From: a bacterium
GTDB taxonomy: Bacteria > Zhuqueibacterota > Zhuqueibacteria > Zhuqueibacterales > Zhuqueibacteraceae
NCBI GenBank assembly: GCA_044869275.1
Contig: JBIOXB010000184.1
Location: 1-62,630, forward strand
Direction of reading: 5' to 3'
Length of the DNA: 62,630 nucleotides
Positions 52,926-62,630 of this stretch are shown piece after piece. How positions within the stretch are numbered: the first letter of the stretch is position 1; the number at the start of each line of letters is the position of its first letter. Both the position numbers and the translations under genes were made by a program. The notes under the pieces were generated by a model. That model was given only the letters and a program-made list of their open reading frames with translations, was not told where the DNA came from and did not search any database.

Positions 52926-53768
52926 ATGAAAGCAGCCATTAAAAAAGTAGGCGCTCATTCTGCTTTTGCGCGCAACCCACTACGGCCGCTGATCAAAAAA
53001 ATGGCGGCACGTATTGCGCAGAAGTATCGGCCCGAGCAAATCGTCTTGTACGGCTCACAGGCAACTGGCAATGCCGGGCCGGACAGTGACATTGATCTTT
53101 TTGTTGTCAAACAAACTTCAGACACCCCTTTCTCAAGAAAAGACCAGGTAAGAGATCTGGTTCATGATTTGAGTTTGAAGCACTCCCTTCAACCTTTGGT
53201 TTTGACACCGGAAGAAATTGAAAAACGTCTAGAAAGAGGTGATCAATTCATACAACAAATTTTGACACGAGGTATACAGCTTTACTGTGATCCAAATTAC
53301 CAGTTCGATTGGGGGGCGTTGAAAATGGCAAAAAAGGCAAAAGATTCGCAGTATCCGCTCGATTGGCTGCGTGTGGCGGAAAAAGATTGGACGCGTGCCG
53401 TTAAAAGACTGGAAGAAGGTGACTATGAGGACGCTGCTTTCCGCTTGCAGCAGGCGCTGGAAAAATATCTCAAAGCTTTTCTTTTGAGGCAGGGTTGGGA
53501 GTTGGAGAAAACTCATGATACGAGAAGGCTTTTGCTGGAAGCCGGCAATTACGAAGTCGAGTTGAACAATTTCGAAAATTTGTGCGCACGCGTTGAACAG
53601 TATTATCTCGAAGATCGGTATCCTTTTGCATCACATGAAATCGATGTAACTCTTGAAAATGTTGCGGCTGCGGTGCAAGAAGCGCAAGTTTTGCGCGAAA
53701 TAATATTGAAAGCCTTTGCGCCTCAAATCCAAGCACAAGGCGGCCAGGAAAGGGAGACTGAATCATGA
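52926..53768 (+). CDS. Fused minimal nucleotidyltransferase (MNT)-HEPN protein
   Basis: N-terminal YGSQATG...DSDIDL; C-terminal QQALEKYLKAFL, KTHD, RYP. Confidence 0.85.
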   Translation: MKAAIKKVGAHSAFARNPLRPLIKKMAARIAQKYRPEQIVLYGSQATGNAGPDSDIDLFVVKQTSDTPFSRKDQVRDLVHDLSLKHSLQPLVLTPEEIEKRLERGDQFIQQILTRGIQLYCDPNYQFDWGALKMAKKAKDSQYPLDWLRVAEKDWTRAVKRLEEGDYEDAAFRLQQALEKYLKAFLLRQGWELEKTHDTRRLLLEAGNYEVELNNFENLCARVEQYYLEDRYPFASHEIDVTLENVAAAVQEAQVLREIILKAFAPQIQAQGGQERETES

Positions 53769-54109
53769 ATCTGACCAAAGAAACGAAAGGCAAGGTCACG
53801 ATCTTGCGCTTGCAGGATGAACGCCTGGATCACCTCATCTCGTCAAACCTGAAAGCGGAATTGTTGCAATTCGCTCAGGAGAAGGACAGTTATTTGCTGC
53901 TGGATTTGGAAAAAGTCGAGTTTGCAGACAGCTCGGGTCTGGGCGCGATTCTGTTCGGCATTCGCCAGATGCGCATCGCCGAAGGCACGCTCAAGCTGGT
54001 GAATCTGCAGCCGCGCGTGCTGGCATTAATCAAGATCGCCAAGCTCGACACCGTCATCGAGAGTTACGATGACGAAGAAGAGGCGGTCGCTAGCTTCGGA
54101 GCGGGATGA
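53765..54109 (+). CDS. STAS-domain anti-sigma factor antagonist
   Basis: LDLEKVEFADSSGLGA. Confidence 0.9.
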   Translation: MNLTKETKGKVTILRLQDERLDHLISSNLKAELLQFAQEKDSYLLLDLEKVEFADSSGLGAILFGIRQMRIAEGTLKLVNLQPRVLALIKIAKLDTVIESYDDEEEAVASFGAG

Positions 54110-54200
54110 AGAGTTGGATTGATGGATCATTGGATTTATGGGCCTTGCCAATGCTCCCTCCATCCCATCATCCATCAATCCCCCCAAAGTTTGACCTCAT

Positions 54201-55730
54201 ATGTTCAGAAAGATTCTGATCGCCAATCGCGGTGAGATTGCCGTGCGCGTGATGCGCACGTGCCGTGAAATGGGCATTCGCACGGTCGCGGTTTATTCCG
54301 AGGCCGATCGTTTGTCTTTGCACGTGCGCCTGGCGGATGAAGCGTATTCGATCGGCCCTGCTCCAGCGCGCGAATCCTATCTCGTGGGCGAGAAAATAAT
54401 CGCCATTGCAAAGAAATCCGGCGCGGAAGCGATTCATCCCGGCTACGGTTTTCTGTCCGAGAATCCAGATTTTTCCGAGGCCGTTGCGGCAGCTGGATTG
54501 ACCTTCATCGGTCCGGGAGGCGCGGCCATGCGCCAAATGGGCGACAAAACCGCGGCGCGCAAAATCATGGAGCGCGCCGGTGTGCCCATTGTGCCCGGCA
54601 CACTCGATCCGCTCGATGACGCCGGCGCGGCGCAGCGCACCGCGGAGCAGGTCGGCTACCCGGTGTTGCTGAAAGCGGCAGCCGGGGGCGGGGGTAAAGG
54701 CATGCGCCTGGTGCACCGCCCGGACGATTTGATCCCGGCTTTCCGCACGTCTTCCTCCGAGGCAAAATCCGCCTTTGGCGACGGACGCATTTATCTCGAG
54801 AAATACGTGGAACAGCCGCGGCACATCGAATTCCAGGTGATCGCCGACAGCCACGGCCACGCGCTGCATTTGGGCGAGCGGGAGTGCTCGATTCAACGCC
54901 GGCATCAAAAGGTAATCGAAGAATCGCCCTCGAGTTTGCTGGATGAAGGCATGAGGCGCGACATGGGCGCAGCCGCGGTCGCGGCGGCGAAGAGTTGCGG
55001 CTATGTCAATGCCGGCACGATCGAGTTCATCGTCGATCAAAATCGCCGCTTTTATTTTTTGGAAATGAATACGCGCTTGCAAGTCGAGCATCCGGTCACG
55101 GAAATGGTCACCGGCCTCGATCTGGTCAAGCTGCAAATTGAAATCGCCGCGGGAGGCAAACTACCGCTGACCCAAGCGCAAGTACAGTGCCGCGGACACG
55201 CGATCGAATGCCGCATTTATGCCGAAGATCCGGAAAACAATTTCATGCCCGCCATTGGCCGCCTCACGCACATGCTCAGGCCCGGCGGCTTCGGCGTGCG
55301 CGAAGACAGCGGCGTGTATGAAGGGGGGGAGATTCCGGTCTATTACGATCCCTTGATTTCGAAATTGATCACCTGGGGAGTGGATCGCGACGACGCCATT
55401 CGCCGCATGCGCCGCGCGCTGCAGGAATATGAAATCGGCGGCGTCAAGACCACGATCCCATTTTGCTTGTGGGTGATGCAACACGAAAAATTCCAGCGCG
55501 GCGACTTTGACACGCATTTTGTGCAGAATGAGTTTTCGGCGTCCATGTTGAGCAGCTGGAATGGCGCACTGCAATCGCGCGAAAAGCTGCAGGCAGCTGC
55601 TGCGCTGGCGGCGGTATTGCATCAGGAAAGCCGGTCGCCTCACGTTCTACCCGCTACACCCTCCGGGGACACCACCAACGGCTCGGCCTGGAAGCGCCGC
55701 GGCTGGACCAAAAATCGTATGATGCGTTAA
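54201..55730 (+). CDS. accC: Biotin carboxylase subunit
   Basis: LIANRGEIA, HPGYGFLSEN, GGGGKGMR, EMNTRLQVEHPVTE. Confidence 0.93.
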   Translation: MFRKILIANRGEIAVRVMRTCREMGIRTVAVYSEADRLSLHVRLADEAYSIGPAPARESYLVGEKIIAIAKKSGAEAIHPGYGFLSENPDFSEAVAAAGLTFIGPGGAAMRQMGDKTAARKIMERAGVPIVPGTLDPLDDAGAAQRTAEQVGYPVLLKAAAGGGGKGMRLVHRPDDLIPAFRTSSSEAKSAFGDGRIYLEKYVEQPRHIEFQVIADSHGHALHLGERECSIQRRHQKVIEESPSSLLDEGMRRDMGAAAVAAAKSCGYVNAGTIEFIVDQNRRFYFLEMNTRLQVEHPVTEMVTGLDLVKLQIEIAAGGKLPLTQAQVQCRGHAIECRIYAEDPENNFMPAIGRLTHMLRPGGFGVREDSGVYEGGEIPVYYDPLISKLITWGVDRDDAIRRMRRALQEYEIGGVKTTIPFCLWVMQHEKFQRGDFDTHFVQNEFSASMLSSWNGALQSREKLQAAAALAAVLHQESRSPHVLPATPSGDTTNGSAWKRRGWTKNRMMR

Positions 55731-55796
55731 TGCGATTTTTCAATTTGAAACAGATGCGGACCCAGCTTCTAACGCTTTAAACATTGGGAAGCCGGT

Positions 55797-57047
55797 ATGA
55801 TTTCGCCACTGCACACGGCGCGCAGCCCCGAGGGGAATTACGAAACCATCGCGATTCCCCGCCGCCCATTGCATTATCCCGATTTCGGCCAGCTTGCTTT
55901 TGACGTTTATCAAACCTCGCACATGTATCTCGCCTGTCACATGACCAGTGACCAGCCGGACGAGCGCCAGCACTGGCCCGAGCGCTGTTTTGAGATGGGC
56001 TGGGAAAGATACTATTCCAATGATTATGAAGATCGCAATTGGAAGCCGGTGATGCCCACGGCGATCACGCCGCTGCGGCACTTGTCCGTGCATCCCGCTT
56101 GTTGTGCCTGGCACTATGGCCCGGCGGCTTTCGAAGGGACCAAGGCTTTCATCTCGGCAAAAAATCGCGTCGTGCTGTTCCGGCCGGAAATGAACGGCAA
56201 AAGGCTGCAAAAATCCGCCGCACGCTTGTTGATGCCCAAGGTGCCGGTGGATATGTTTGTCGAAGCGGTGGCGCAAACCGCCGTGGCCAATCGCGAGTTC
56301 ATTCCGCCGTTCCACCGGGAGAATTGGGTGTGGGACTCGCGCAACCCCATGTGTCTGTACGTGCGGCCCTTGTTGATGGGCCATGCACCGCAGCTTGGCG
56401 TGCGGCCGACGAAGGACCATACTTTTGTCGTTTATGCTTCGCCCGTACGTGCGTATTACTCGATGGAAGGGATGCGGGTCTTGATCACGAATTCCTTCCA
56501 TCGTGCCGCGCCCGGCGCCACCGGGGACGTGAAGGCCTCGGCGAATTATGTTTCCGGCCTGTTGCCCACGCAGCTCGCGCGCCGCGGCTTCGATTGGCAG
56601 GCCGGCCTTCCGGTGAAAGTCAGCGACGAGCCCTTCAACGACGTGCTTTATCTCGACGCCGTGCGCAACAAGTATATTGAAGAATTTTCCGGTGCGAGCT
56701 TCCTGGCCGTGGACGCGAGCGGCACGCTGGTCAGCCCGAAATCGGACAGCATTTTGCAGGGCATTACACGCGATTCCGTGCTTGCACTCGCGGAGAGCAT
56801 GGGCCTGAAAGTGGAGCAACGCCCGCTGCACGTTGACGAGCTGCTGAACGAGAAGAAAATTGCCGAGATCTTTTGCGCCGGCAATGCGGCGGTGATCACG
56901 CCCATTACCCATATTTATCACAATGGCAAAACACGCAATTTTGATCTGGCCAAGCTCAAGACCGTGCGTCGACTATGGGACATGCTCGTGGGAATCCAAC
57001 TGCAGATGCGCGAGGATGTGTTTGGGTGGGTGAAGGAGGTGGGGTGA
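55797..57047 (+). CDS. ilvE: Branched-chain amino acid aminotransferase
   Basis: HYG..FEG.KA, FRP, LYVRP, K...NY, ILQGITR. Confidence 0.85.
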   Translation: MISPLHTARSPEGNYETIAIPRRPLHYPDFGQLAFDVYQTSHMYLACHMTSDQPDERQHWPERCFEMGWERYYSNDYEDRNWKPVMPTAITPLRHLSVHPACCAWHYGPAAFEGTKAFISAKNRVVLFRPEMNGKRLQKSAARLLMPKVPVDMFVEAVAQTAVANREFIPPFHRENWVWDSRNPMCLYVRPLLMGHAPQLGVRPTKDHTFVVYASPVRAYYSMEGMRVLITNSFHRAAPGATGDVKASANYVSGLLPTQLARRGFDWQAGLPVKVSDEPFNDVLYLDAVRNKYIEEFSGASFLAVDASGTLVSPKSDSILQGITRDSVLALAESMGLKVEQRPLHVDELLNEKKIAEIFCAGNAAVITPITHIYHNGKTRNFDLAKLKTVRRLWDMLVGIQLQMREDVFGWVKEVG

Positions 57048-57068
57048 GAGCCAGGATGTGGGCAATGC

Positions 57069-57469
57069 TTATTGAATTTCTTTTTCAACCCAAAGGACGA
57101 TTTCCTGGACAAAGTTGGCAGCCGATTGATGCAGCAGGGCCACTTCCTCGCTACTAAAATCCGGAAAATCGTTGTAATCTCCTCCTTGAGGAGAATCAAA
57201 CAAATAGCGGTAAAATTCTCCCATCTCTGTGCGAATGATGCCGGTTTTGATGAAATGCTGATTAAATAAGGCAATGACACCAGAATGTTTGGACGACTTC
57301 AGTTGTTTAGTTTCCAGCAATGCATTCACGGCATAAAAGCAAGCATAATACAAGCGTGGTTTACCGTTCCGACAAAATGATGCGCGTCTTTCAGAATCTT
57401 GGCTTCGATGAGTGTCTCACGCGCACGTTTTATTCGCTGGTCACTCGCTTGTCTCTGTTGCTCAGTCAT
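57069..57469 (-). pseudogene. HEPN-domain gene split by a frameshift near 57355
   Basis: 5' part ...FVGTVN and 3' part LYYACFYA...KHSGVI are in different frames. Confidence 0.8.
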
Positions 57470-57813
57470 ATTCGAATTCCTTCTCTCTGGATCGAATGAT
57501 ACAACGGAGTAATATTCAAGGGTTCGGAATTCCATTTTTTCTGTTGGCGCACAATCAAATTGATCAGCTGCTCATGCTCCAATTCAATCGCATAAATCTG
57601 ATTGCTGATGGCGCGCTTCAATTCGTATGTGGCTTCCTGCGGCACTAGCACCAACAAATCAATATCCGATTCCGTGGTTTCCTCGCCGCGTGCCACGGAG
57701 CCATACAAGATGACTTCGGCCTGGGGCACAATTTGGCGAATGGCAGTTGCGCAAAGCTTTAACAACTCTGCCTTGTTTGAATGCCGCTTTTGCCAGTCTT
57801 GATAAGTTTTCAT
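57466..57813 (-). CDS. Minimal nucleotidyltransferase (MNT antitoxin)
   Basis: YGSVARGE...SDIDL; stop overlaps the HEPN start. Confidence 0.88.
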   Translation of the reverse strand: MKTYQDWQKRHSNKAELLKLCATAIRQIVPQAEVILYGSVARGEETTESDIDLLVLVPQEATYELKRAISNQIYAIELEHEQLINLIVRQQKKWNSEPLNITPLYHSIQREGIRI

Positions 57814-58310
57814 CTCATGCCTGCATCGGCCAAACGATCCCGCTTCTTCTTCGAGCAATTATGAGTTCGCCCGTCCGAGAGTAAAGCAAACTTCAGCGCT
57901 GTCTTTTCGTAAGAATCCGTTGCAGCGCTCGGAATGCCCTGCCTATTGTTGTCAGCCAGCATATTAACATAATCAACGCCATACTCAAAAACAAGAGCTG
58001 CACGGCAGCAAATTGTCAAGAAAAAGCTTGAGAAAAACTGCATATTGTCTTATAGTATAAGTTATTACTGATGCGCTAAATCGGCCGATTCGGCCGTTGG
58101 CTCAGAAGGAATTTCCGTGCCAACTTTTGGCAGCAAATCATGATGAGAATGTCCGTCATGCCCGTCCTGCCGTTGCGGTAGTGAACACTCGGCTCCTAAA
58201 AGAGCTACTACCATACTTATTTTCGGAGGAATCGTACGGGGCGGGTCCACGAACTTGACGTTTTAGCAGTAATTTTCACTTTGCACAATGATTTTCAACA
58301 AGGATGTCTA

Positions 58311-60980
58311 ATGAGTTCGCAAGCTGAAACTACCTCTGGCGCTGAGGGGCGCTACGATTTTCGCGCGTTGGAAGCGAAATGGCGGCCGTTTTGGGACAAA
58401 TTGGGTTTGTACAAAACTGGCAACGATCCCGATAAACCGAAAAAATATATTCTCGATTTCTTCCCTTATCCCTCGGGCGAGGGCCTTTCCGTCGGTCATT
58501 GCCGCAACTACGTGCCCACCGACGTGATCTCGCGTTATTACCGCGCGCGCGGCTTCAATGTCTTGCATCCCATGGGCTGGGATGCTTTCGGCCTGCCCAC
58601 GGAAAATGCGGCAATCAAGTTGAAAGCCAAGCCCGCGGAATTGACCAAGAAATTCACGGCGAATTACAAGCGGCAAATGGCGTTGATCGCCGCGAGCTAT
58701 GACTGGGAGCGCGAGATCAATTCCAGCACTCCGGAGTATTACCGCTGGACGCAATGGATTTTCTTGCTGCTGTTCAATTCCTGGTACGATCCGCGCGCGA
58801 ACAAGGCGCAGCCGATTGCACAATTGGAGGAAGAACTGGCAGCCAGCGGCACGGAAAAAATTCCGGCCCATGCCGTGGCCACTCCGTTGACGGCGGCGCA
58901 GTGGCAAGCCTTTTCCCTCAAGGAGAAAAAGGACTTTCTGCGCGACTATCGCCTGGCCTATCGCGCCGCTTCGGCGGTGAATTGGGATCCGGTCGAAAAA
59001 ACCGTGCTCGCAAATGAAGAAGTCGTGGACGGCCGCGGCTGGCGCAGCGGCGCTTGGGTGGAACGCAAAGTGTTGCAACAATGGTTTTTTCGCATCACGG
59101 CGTACGCCGACCGCCTGCTGGAAGATTTGAATCAAATCGACTGGCCGGAAAGCATCAGAGCCATGCAGCGCAATTGGATCGGCCGCAGCGAGGGCGCGGA
59201 AGTGGATTTTGCCACGGCGGCCGGCGACTTGCGCATTTTTACCACGCGGCCGGACACCCTGTGGGGCGCGACCTTCATGGTGCTGTCGCCCGAGCATCCC
59301 TTCGCCGCGAAACTCGCCACAGCAGCGCAACGCACGGAAGTGGAGCAATATATCGCCGCCGCGCGGCAGCAAACCGAAATTGCGCGCATTGCCGAAGATC
59401 GTGAGAAAACCGGCGTATTCACCGGCAGTTTCGCGACGAATCCCGTGAACGGCGAAAAGATTCCCGTCTGGATCGCGGATTATGTGTTGATGACTTACGG
59501 CACCGGCGCGATCATGGCCGTACCGGCGCACGATCAACGTGATTTCGCATTCGCGCGCAAATACCGCTTGCCCATTCGTCTCGTGATTCAACCGGAAGGC
59601 TCCGCTGCACGCGATTCCCATGAAATGACGGCTCCGTTTACAGATTTGGCCGGCAAGATGGTCAATTCCGGGGCATTTGACGGCACGCCCGCAGAGCAAG
59701 GCGTCAACAAAGTGACCTCATGGCTGGAAGCAACCGGCAAAGGCAAGCGCCGCGTGCATTACAAATTGCGCGACTGGCTCATTAGCCGCCAGCGCTATTG
59801 GGGCACGCCCATTCCGGTGGTGCACACGGAAAAATACGGCGAAGTCGCGCTCCAACCGCAAGACCTGCCGGTGGTGCTGCCCGACGTTCCCAACTACGAA
59901 CCGACGGACACGGGCGAATCTCCGCTCGCCGCCATCGATGATTTTGTGAGCGTGGACTTACCCGACGGCACGAAAGGCAAACGCGAAACCGATACCATGG
60001 GAACGTTCGCGTGTTCGGCGTGGTATTTTTTGCGCTTCGCGAGTCCGCGTTACGAAGCAGGGCCGTTCGACGACGAGCTGGTGAAATACTGGCTGCCGGT
60101 GGATTTGTACGTCGGCGGCGCCGAGCATGCCGTGATGCATTTGCTCTATGCGCGCTTTTGGACGAAAGTTTTGCACGATCGCGGTTACGTGTCGTTCACC
60201 GAGCCCTTCAGCGTGCTGCGCAATCAAGGCATGCTGCTGTCATACGACGGCCGGAAAATGTCGAAATCATGGGGCAATGTGATCACACCGGACGCGGTGG
60301 CCGAGAGCCAGGGTGTGGATGCCTTGCGTGCCTATATTCTTTTCCTGGGCCCGTTCGAGGCGGAATCCAAGTGGGAAGAAACCGGCGTCAAGGGTGTGAG
60401 CCGGTTCTTGCAGCGCTTCTGGGCGCTCGCGCATGACCTGCCCGCGCTGCAATTCGGCGCGGCCTCTGCCGAACGCGAGCGTATTTTTCGCCGCATGATG
60501 CATACCGCCCTCAAGCGTCTGACCCACGACCTCGAGCATTTTGAATTCAACACCGCGATCGCAGCGCTGATGGAATATCTGAATTTCTTGTACGATTGCC
60601 GCCGCGGGCAGGAAATCACCGGCATTTCCGCACCGCTTTGGCGGGAAGGCCTGGAAGTGTTTACGCGCGTGCTCGCGCCGATTGCGCCGTTCATTGCGGA
60701 GGAAGTCTGGCAGGAAGTGTTGGGCCATAAGGGCCAGTCCGTACATCAGCTACCCTGGCTGAGCTATGACGAAAGCGCGCTGGCGGTGGATGAAATCACC
60801 GTTGTGGTGCAGGTCAACGGCAAGCTACGCGATCAATTGATCGTGCCCGTTGGCACGAGTGAAGAGGCGTTGAAGAAAACGGCCCTTGCCAGTGAAAAAG
60901 TGCAAAAATTCATGAACGGCAAGCCGGTGAAAAAAATCGTGGTGGTGCCGCAGAAGCTGGTGAATATTGTGGTGGGGTGA
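58311..60980 (+). CDS. leuS: Leucine--tRNA ligase
   Basis: FPYPSG.GLSVGH, GWDAFGLP, GTG.IMAVPAHD, SRQRYWG, KMSKS. Confidence 0.97.
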   Translation: MSSQAETTSGAEGRYDFRALEAKWRPFWDKLGLYKTGNDPDKPKKYILDFFPYPSGEGLSVGHCRNYVPTDVISRYYRARGFNVLHPMGWDAFGLPTENAAIKLKAKPAELTKKFTANYKRQMALIAASYDWEREINSSTPEYYRWTQWIFLLLFNSWYDPRANKAQPIAQLEEELAASGTEKIPAHAVATPLTAAQWQAFSLKEKKDFLRDYRLAYRAASAVNWDPVEKTVLANEEVVDGRGWRSGAWVERKVLQQWFFRITAYADRLLEDLNQIDWPESIRAMQRNWIGRSEGAEVDFATAAGDLRIFTTRPDTLWGATFMVLSPEHPFAAKLATAAQRTEVEQYIAAARQQTEIARIAEDREKTGVFTGSFATNPVNGEKIPVWIADYVLMTYGTGAIMAVPAHDQRDFAFARKYRLPIRLVIQPEGSAARDSHEMTAPFTDLAGKMVNSGAFDGTPAEQGVNKVTSWLEATGKGKRRVHYKLRDWLISRQRYWGTPIPVVHTEKYGEVALQPQDLPVVLPDVPNYEPTDTGESPLAAIDDFVSVDLPDGTKGKRETDTMGTFACSAWYFLRFASPRYEAGPFDDELVKYWLPVDLYVGGAEHAVMHLLYARFWTKVLHDRGYVSFTEPFSVLRNQGMLLSYDGRKMSKSWGNVITPDAVAESQGVDALRAYILFLGPFEAESKWEETGVKGVSRFLQRFWALAHDLPALQFGAASAERERIFRRMMHTALKRLTHDLEHFEFNTAIAALMEYLNFLYDCRRGQEITGISAPLWREGLEVFTRVLAPIAPFIAEEVWQEVLGHKGQSVHQLPWLSYDESALAVDEITVVVQVNGKLRDQLIVPVGTSEEALKKTALASEKVQKFMNGKPVKKIVVVPQKLVNIVVG

Positions 60981-60996
60981 TTTTTGTGAATCGCGG

Positions 60997-61076
60997 GTGG
61001 AGGGCGTAGATCGTAGATGGTAGATCGTAGATCGTGGATAGTATCTCACGATCCACCATCCACCATCCACCATCCT
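60997..61076. repeat. Inverted heptamer arrays between convergent genes
   Basis: (TCGTAGA)n-like units followed by complementary (CACCATC)n-like units. Confidence 0.75.
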
Positions 61077-61082
61077 CGAAAC

Positions 61083-61592
61083 TCACTCCCATTGCTTTAA
61101 CAACCGAATCATCTCCCCCGGATCTTCGACTTGCATCAAATCGTCCAGCGCATGCGGAAAAGAGGTCACTTCGGCGAGATGCTTGTAGATTTTCAAGTAT
61201 AGATTTTCATCTTCTTCATGCGGCGGCGTGACCACCACGAAGAAGAAATGCGTGGGCTGCCCGTCCAGCGCCTCGAAATCCAACCCTTCGCGCGAGCGCG
61301 CGATGGCGATGGTCAAACTGCGCACGTGCTGCGTGCGCACATGCGGCACCGCGATGCCGCGGCTCAAACCCGTGGTCGCACGGCGTTCGCGATTGATCAA
61401 ATCCTGCAACAGTTTTTTCTTGTTCGCCACACTCCCGGATTTCTCCAGCAATTCCACCAACTCCTCGATGACCGTTTCCTTTTGCTGCTGCCGGAATTTT
61501 TCGAGGTTGGCCTCGGGATCTTCCGGCAACGGCAGGGGCGGATCCATCTCGAGCTTGATCAGATCGGTGGAGAGGTATCTGGTCAGATTCAT
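61083..61592 (-). CDS. PTS EIIA (fructose/nitrogen type) domain protein
   Basis: RE...TTG...GIAVPH, FEALDGQP. Confidence 0.88.
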   Translation of the reverse strand: MNLTRYLSTDLIKLEMDPPLPLPEDPEANLEKFRQQQKETVIEELVELLEKSGSVANKKKLLQDLINRERRATTGLSRGIAVPHVRTQHVRSLTIAIARSREGLDFEALDGQPTHFFFVVVTPPHEEDENLYLKIYKHLAEVTSFPHALDDLMQVEDPGEMIRLLKQWE

Positions 61593-62002
61593 GCGCAGCT
61601 CCAAATCCAGTTATTGGGTTTTGACATAAAGAAATTTAGGCTTTCATTTGCCGCTGCGCAAGCTTTTTAATGAAATCTCAAAAAGCGACACTGGACGCAC
61701 CGAGAATGCGGCTGGTTTCGTTGTCCTAAACCTAAGCAATCACGGAGGAATTGCTCTGGACCAGGCCGGCGGGAATGGGCAATGCCAGCCGGCCCTGGGT
61801 GAGATTCTCCAGCTTGACGGTTTCAAAGGCATGCGCGACATTGTCGTGAGGCAGCACGCGCCCGCTGAATGCGCGGCAAAAATATCACATTTTGGCCACA
61901 AAATCCAATGCCTTTTTCAAGCGGCAGGCCAGCATTCCAAGCTTGCTTTTTGCTGCGAGGTTGTTTATTTTCGACTGCTTGACTAGCCTAAGGAGCAGGC
62001 TG

Positions 62003-62630
62003 ATGGTGGAAGCGCAGTTCTACAAACAACTCGATAACGGCAGGGTACTCTGCTATCTATGCCCGCGCTATTGCGAGATCGGCGAGGGCCAGACCGGTTT
62101 TTGTTTTGTGCGAAAGAACGAAGGCGGCAAGCTGTTCTCGCTCGCGTATGCGAATCCGTACGCGGTGCATATTGATCCCATCGAAAAAAAACCCTTGTCG
62201 CATTTTCTGCCGGGTACCAAAATTCTTTCCCTCGGCACCGCCGGCTGCAATCTTGGCTGTAAATTCTGTCAAAATTGGGATATTTCCAAAGCGCGTTACG
62301 ACCAGGAGCGCGCCTCTGCTTTCACACCGGAAGAGGTCGTGCGCGCAGCATTGGCAAATGACTGCCCCAGCATCGCTTTTACGTATAATGATCCCGTGAT
62401 CTGGGCCGAATATGCCATTGACATCGCCAAGCGCGCGCATGCGCACGGGCTCAAAACCGTGATGGTCACCGCCGGTTACATCACCGCGGCAGCGTTGCCC
62501 GCGGTTTTTGATCATATGGACGCGGCCAATGTCGATCTCAAAGGCTTCACGGAAAATTTCTATCGCAAGACCTGTCTCGCGCATCTCGAGCCGGTACTGC
62601 AGACTCTGCTGGCGCTCAAGCAGCGTGGCA
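62003..62630 (+). CDS. amrS: AmmeMemoRadiSam-system radical SAM enzyme (partial, runs off the window)
   Basis: Own translation: C..CPR.C, DPIEKKPL.HF.PG, GCNLGCKFCQNW, FTYNDP; AAGGAG RBS. Confidence 0.85.
   Translation, partial: MVEAQFYKQLDNGRVLCYLCPRYCEIGEGQTGFCFVRKNEGGKLFSLAYANPYAVHIDPIEKKPLSHFLPGTKILSLGTAGCNLGCKFCQNWDISKARYDQERASAFTPEEVVRAALANDCPSIAFTYNDPVIWAEYAIDIAKRAHAHGLKTVMVTAGYITAAALPAVFDHMDAANVDLKGFTENFYRKTCLAHLEPVLQTLLALKQRG

Noticed and set aside
58060..58300. T-box or other leader upstream of leuS
   Set aside because: No T-box consensus or terminator/antiterminator visible.
61730..61885. Hairpin (ccaggccggc/gccggccctgg) or short minus-strand ORF between the PTS IIA and radical SAM genes
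   Set aside because: No clear start or RBS and no RNA family recognised; an Rfam search would be needed.

Overview
Bacterial chromosomal window, mostly GC-rich. Secreted proteins ending in a C-terminal YPNPFNP/FlgD-Ig module, a Bat operon and MglAB suggest an FCB-related lineage such as KSB1; this is inference only. The left 6 kb holds a complete diversity-generating retroelement (DGR): vapBC, a 1014-aa NACHT/STAND NTPase with a C-terminal FGE-sulfatase/CLec domain (target, VR 3991-4080), avd, TR (4575-4664), a structured spacer and the DGR reverse transcriptase. Over 87 aligned nt, VR differs from TR at 15 positions, all TR adenines, so the locus appears to hypermutate the sensor tip of an NLR-like protein. 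The rest is largely housekeeping: an 8x-CHRD secreted protein, moxR-DUF58-bat operon, priA, mglB-mglA, tRNA-Leu-tig-clpP-clpX-lon-engB, a sigma54 regulator, PhoD, acyl-CoA carboxylase genes, ilvE, leuS, PTS IIA and a partial radical SAM gene. It also carries two MNT-HEPN modules (one fused, one frameshifted) and several families of short palindromic or heptamer repeats.
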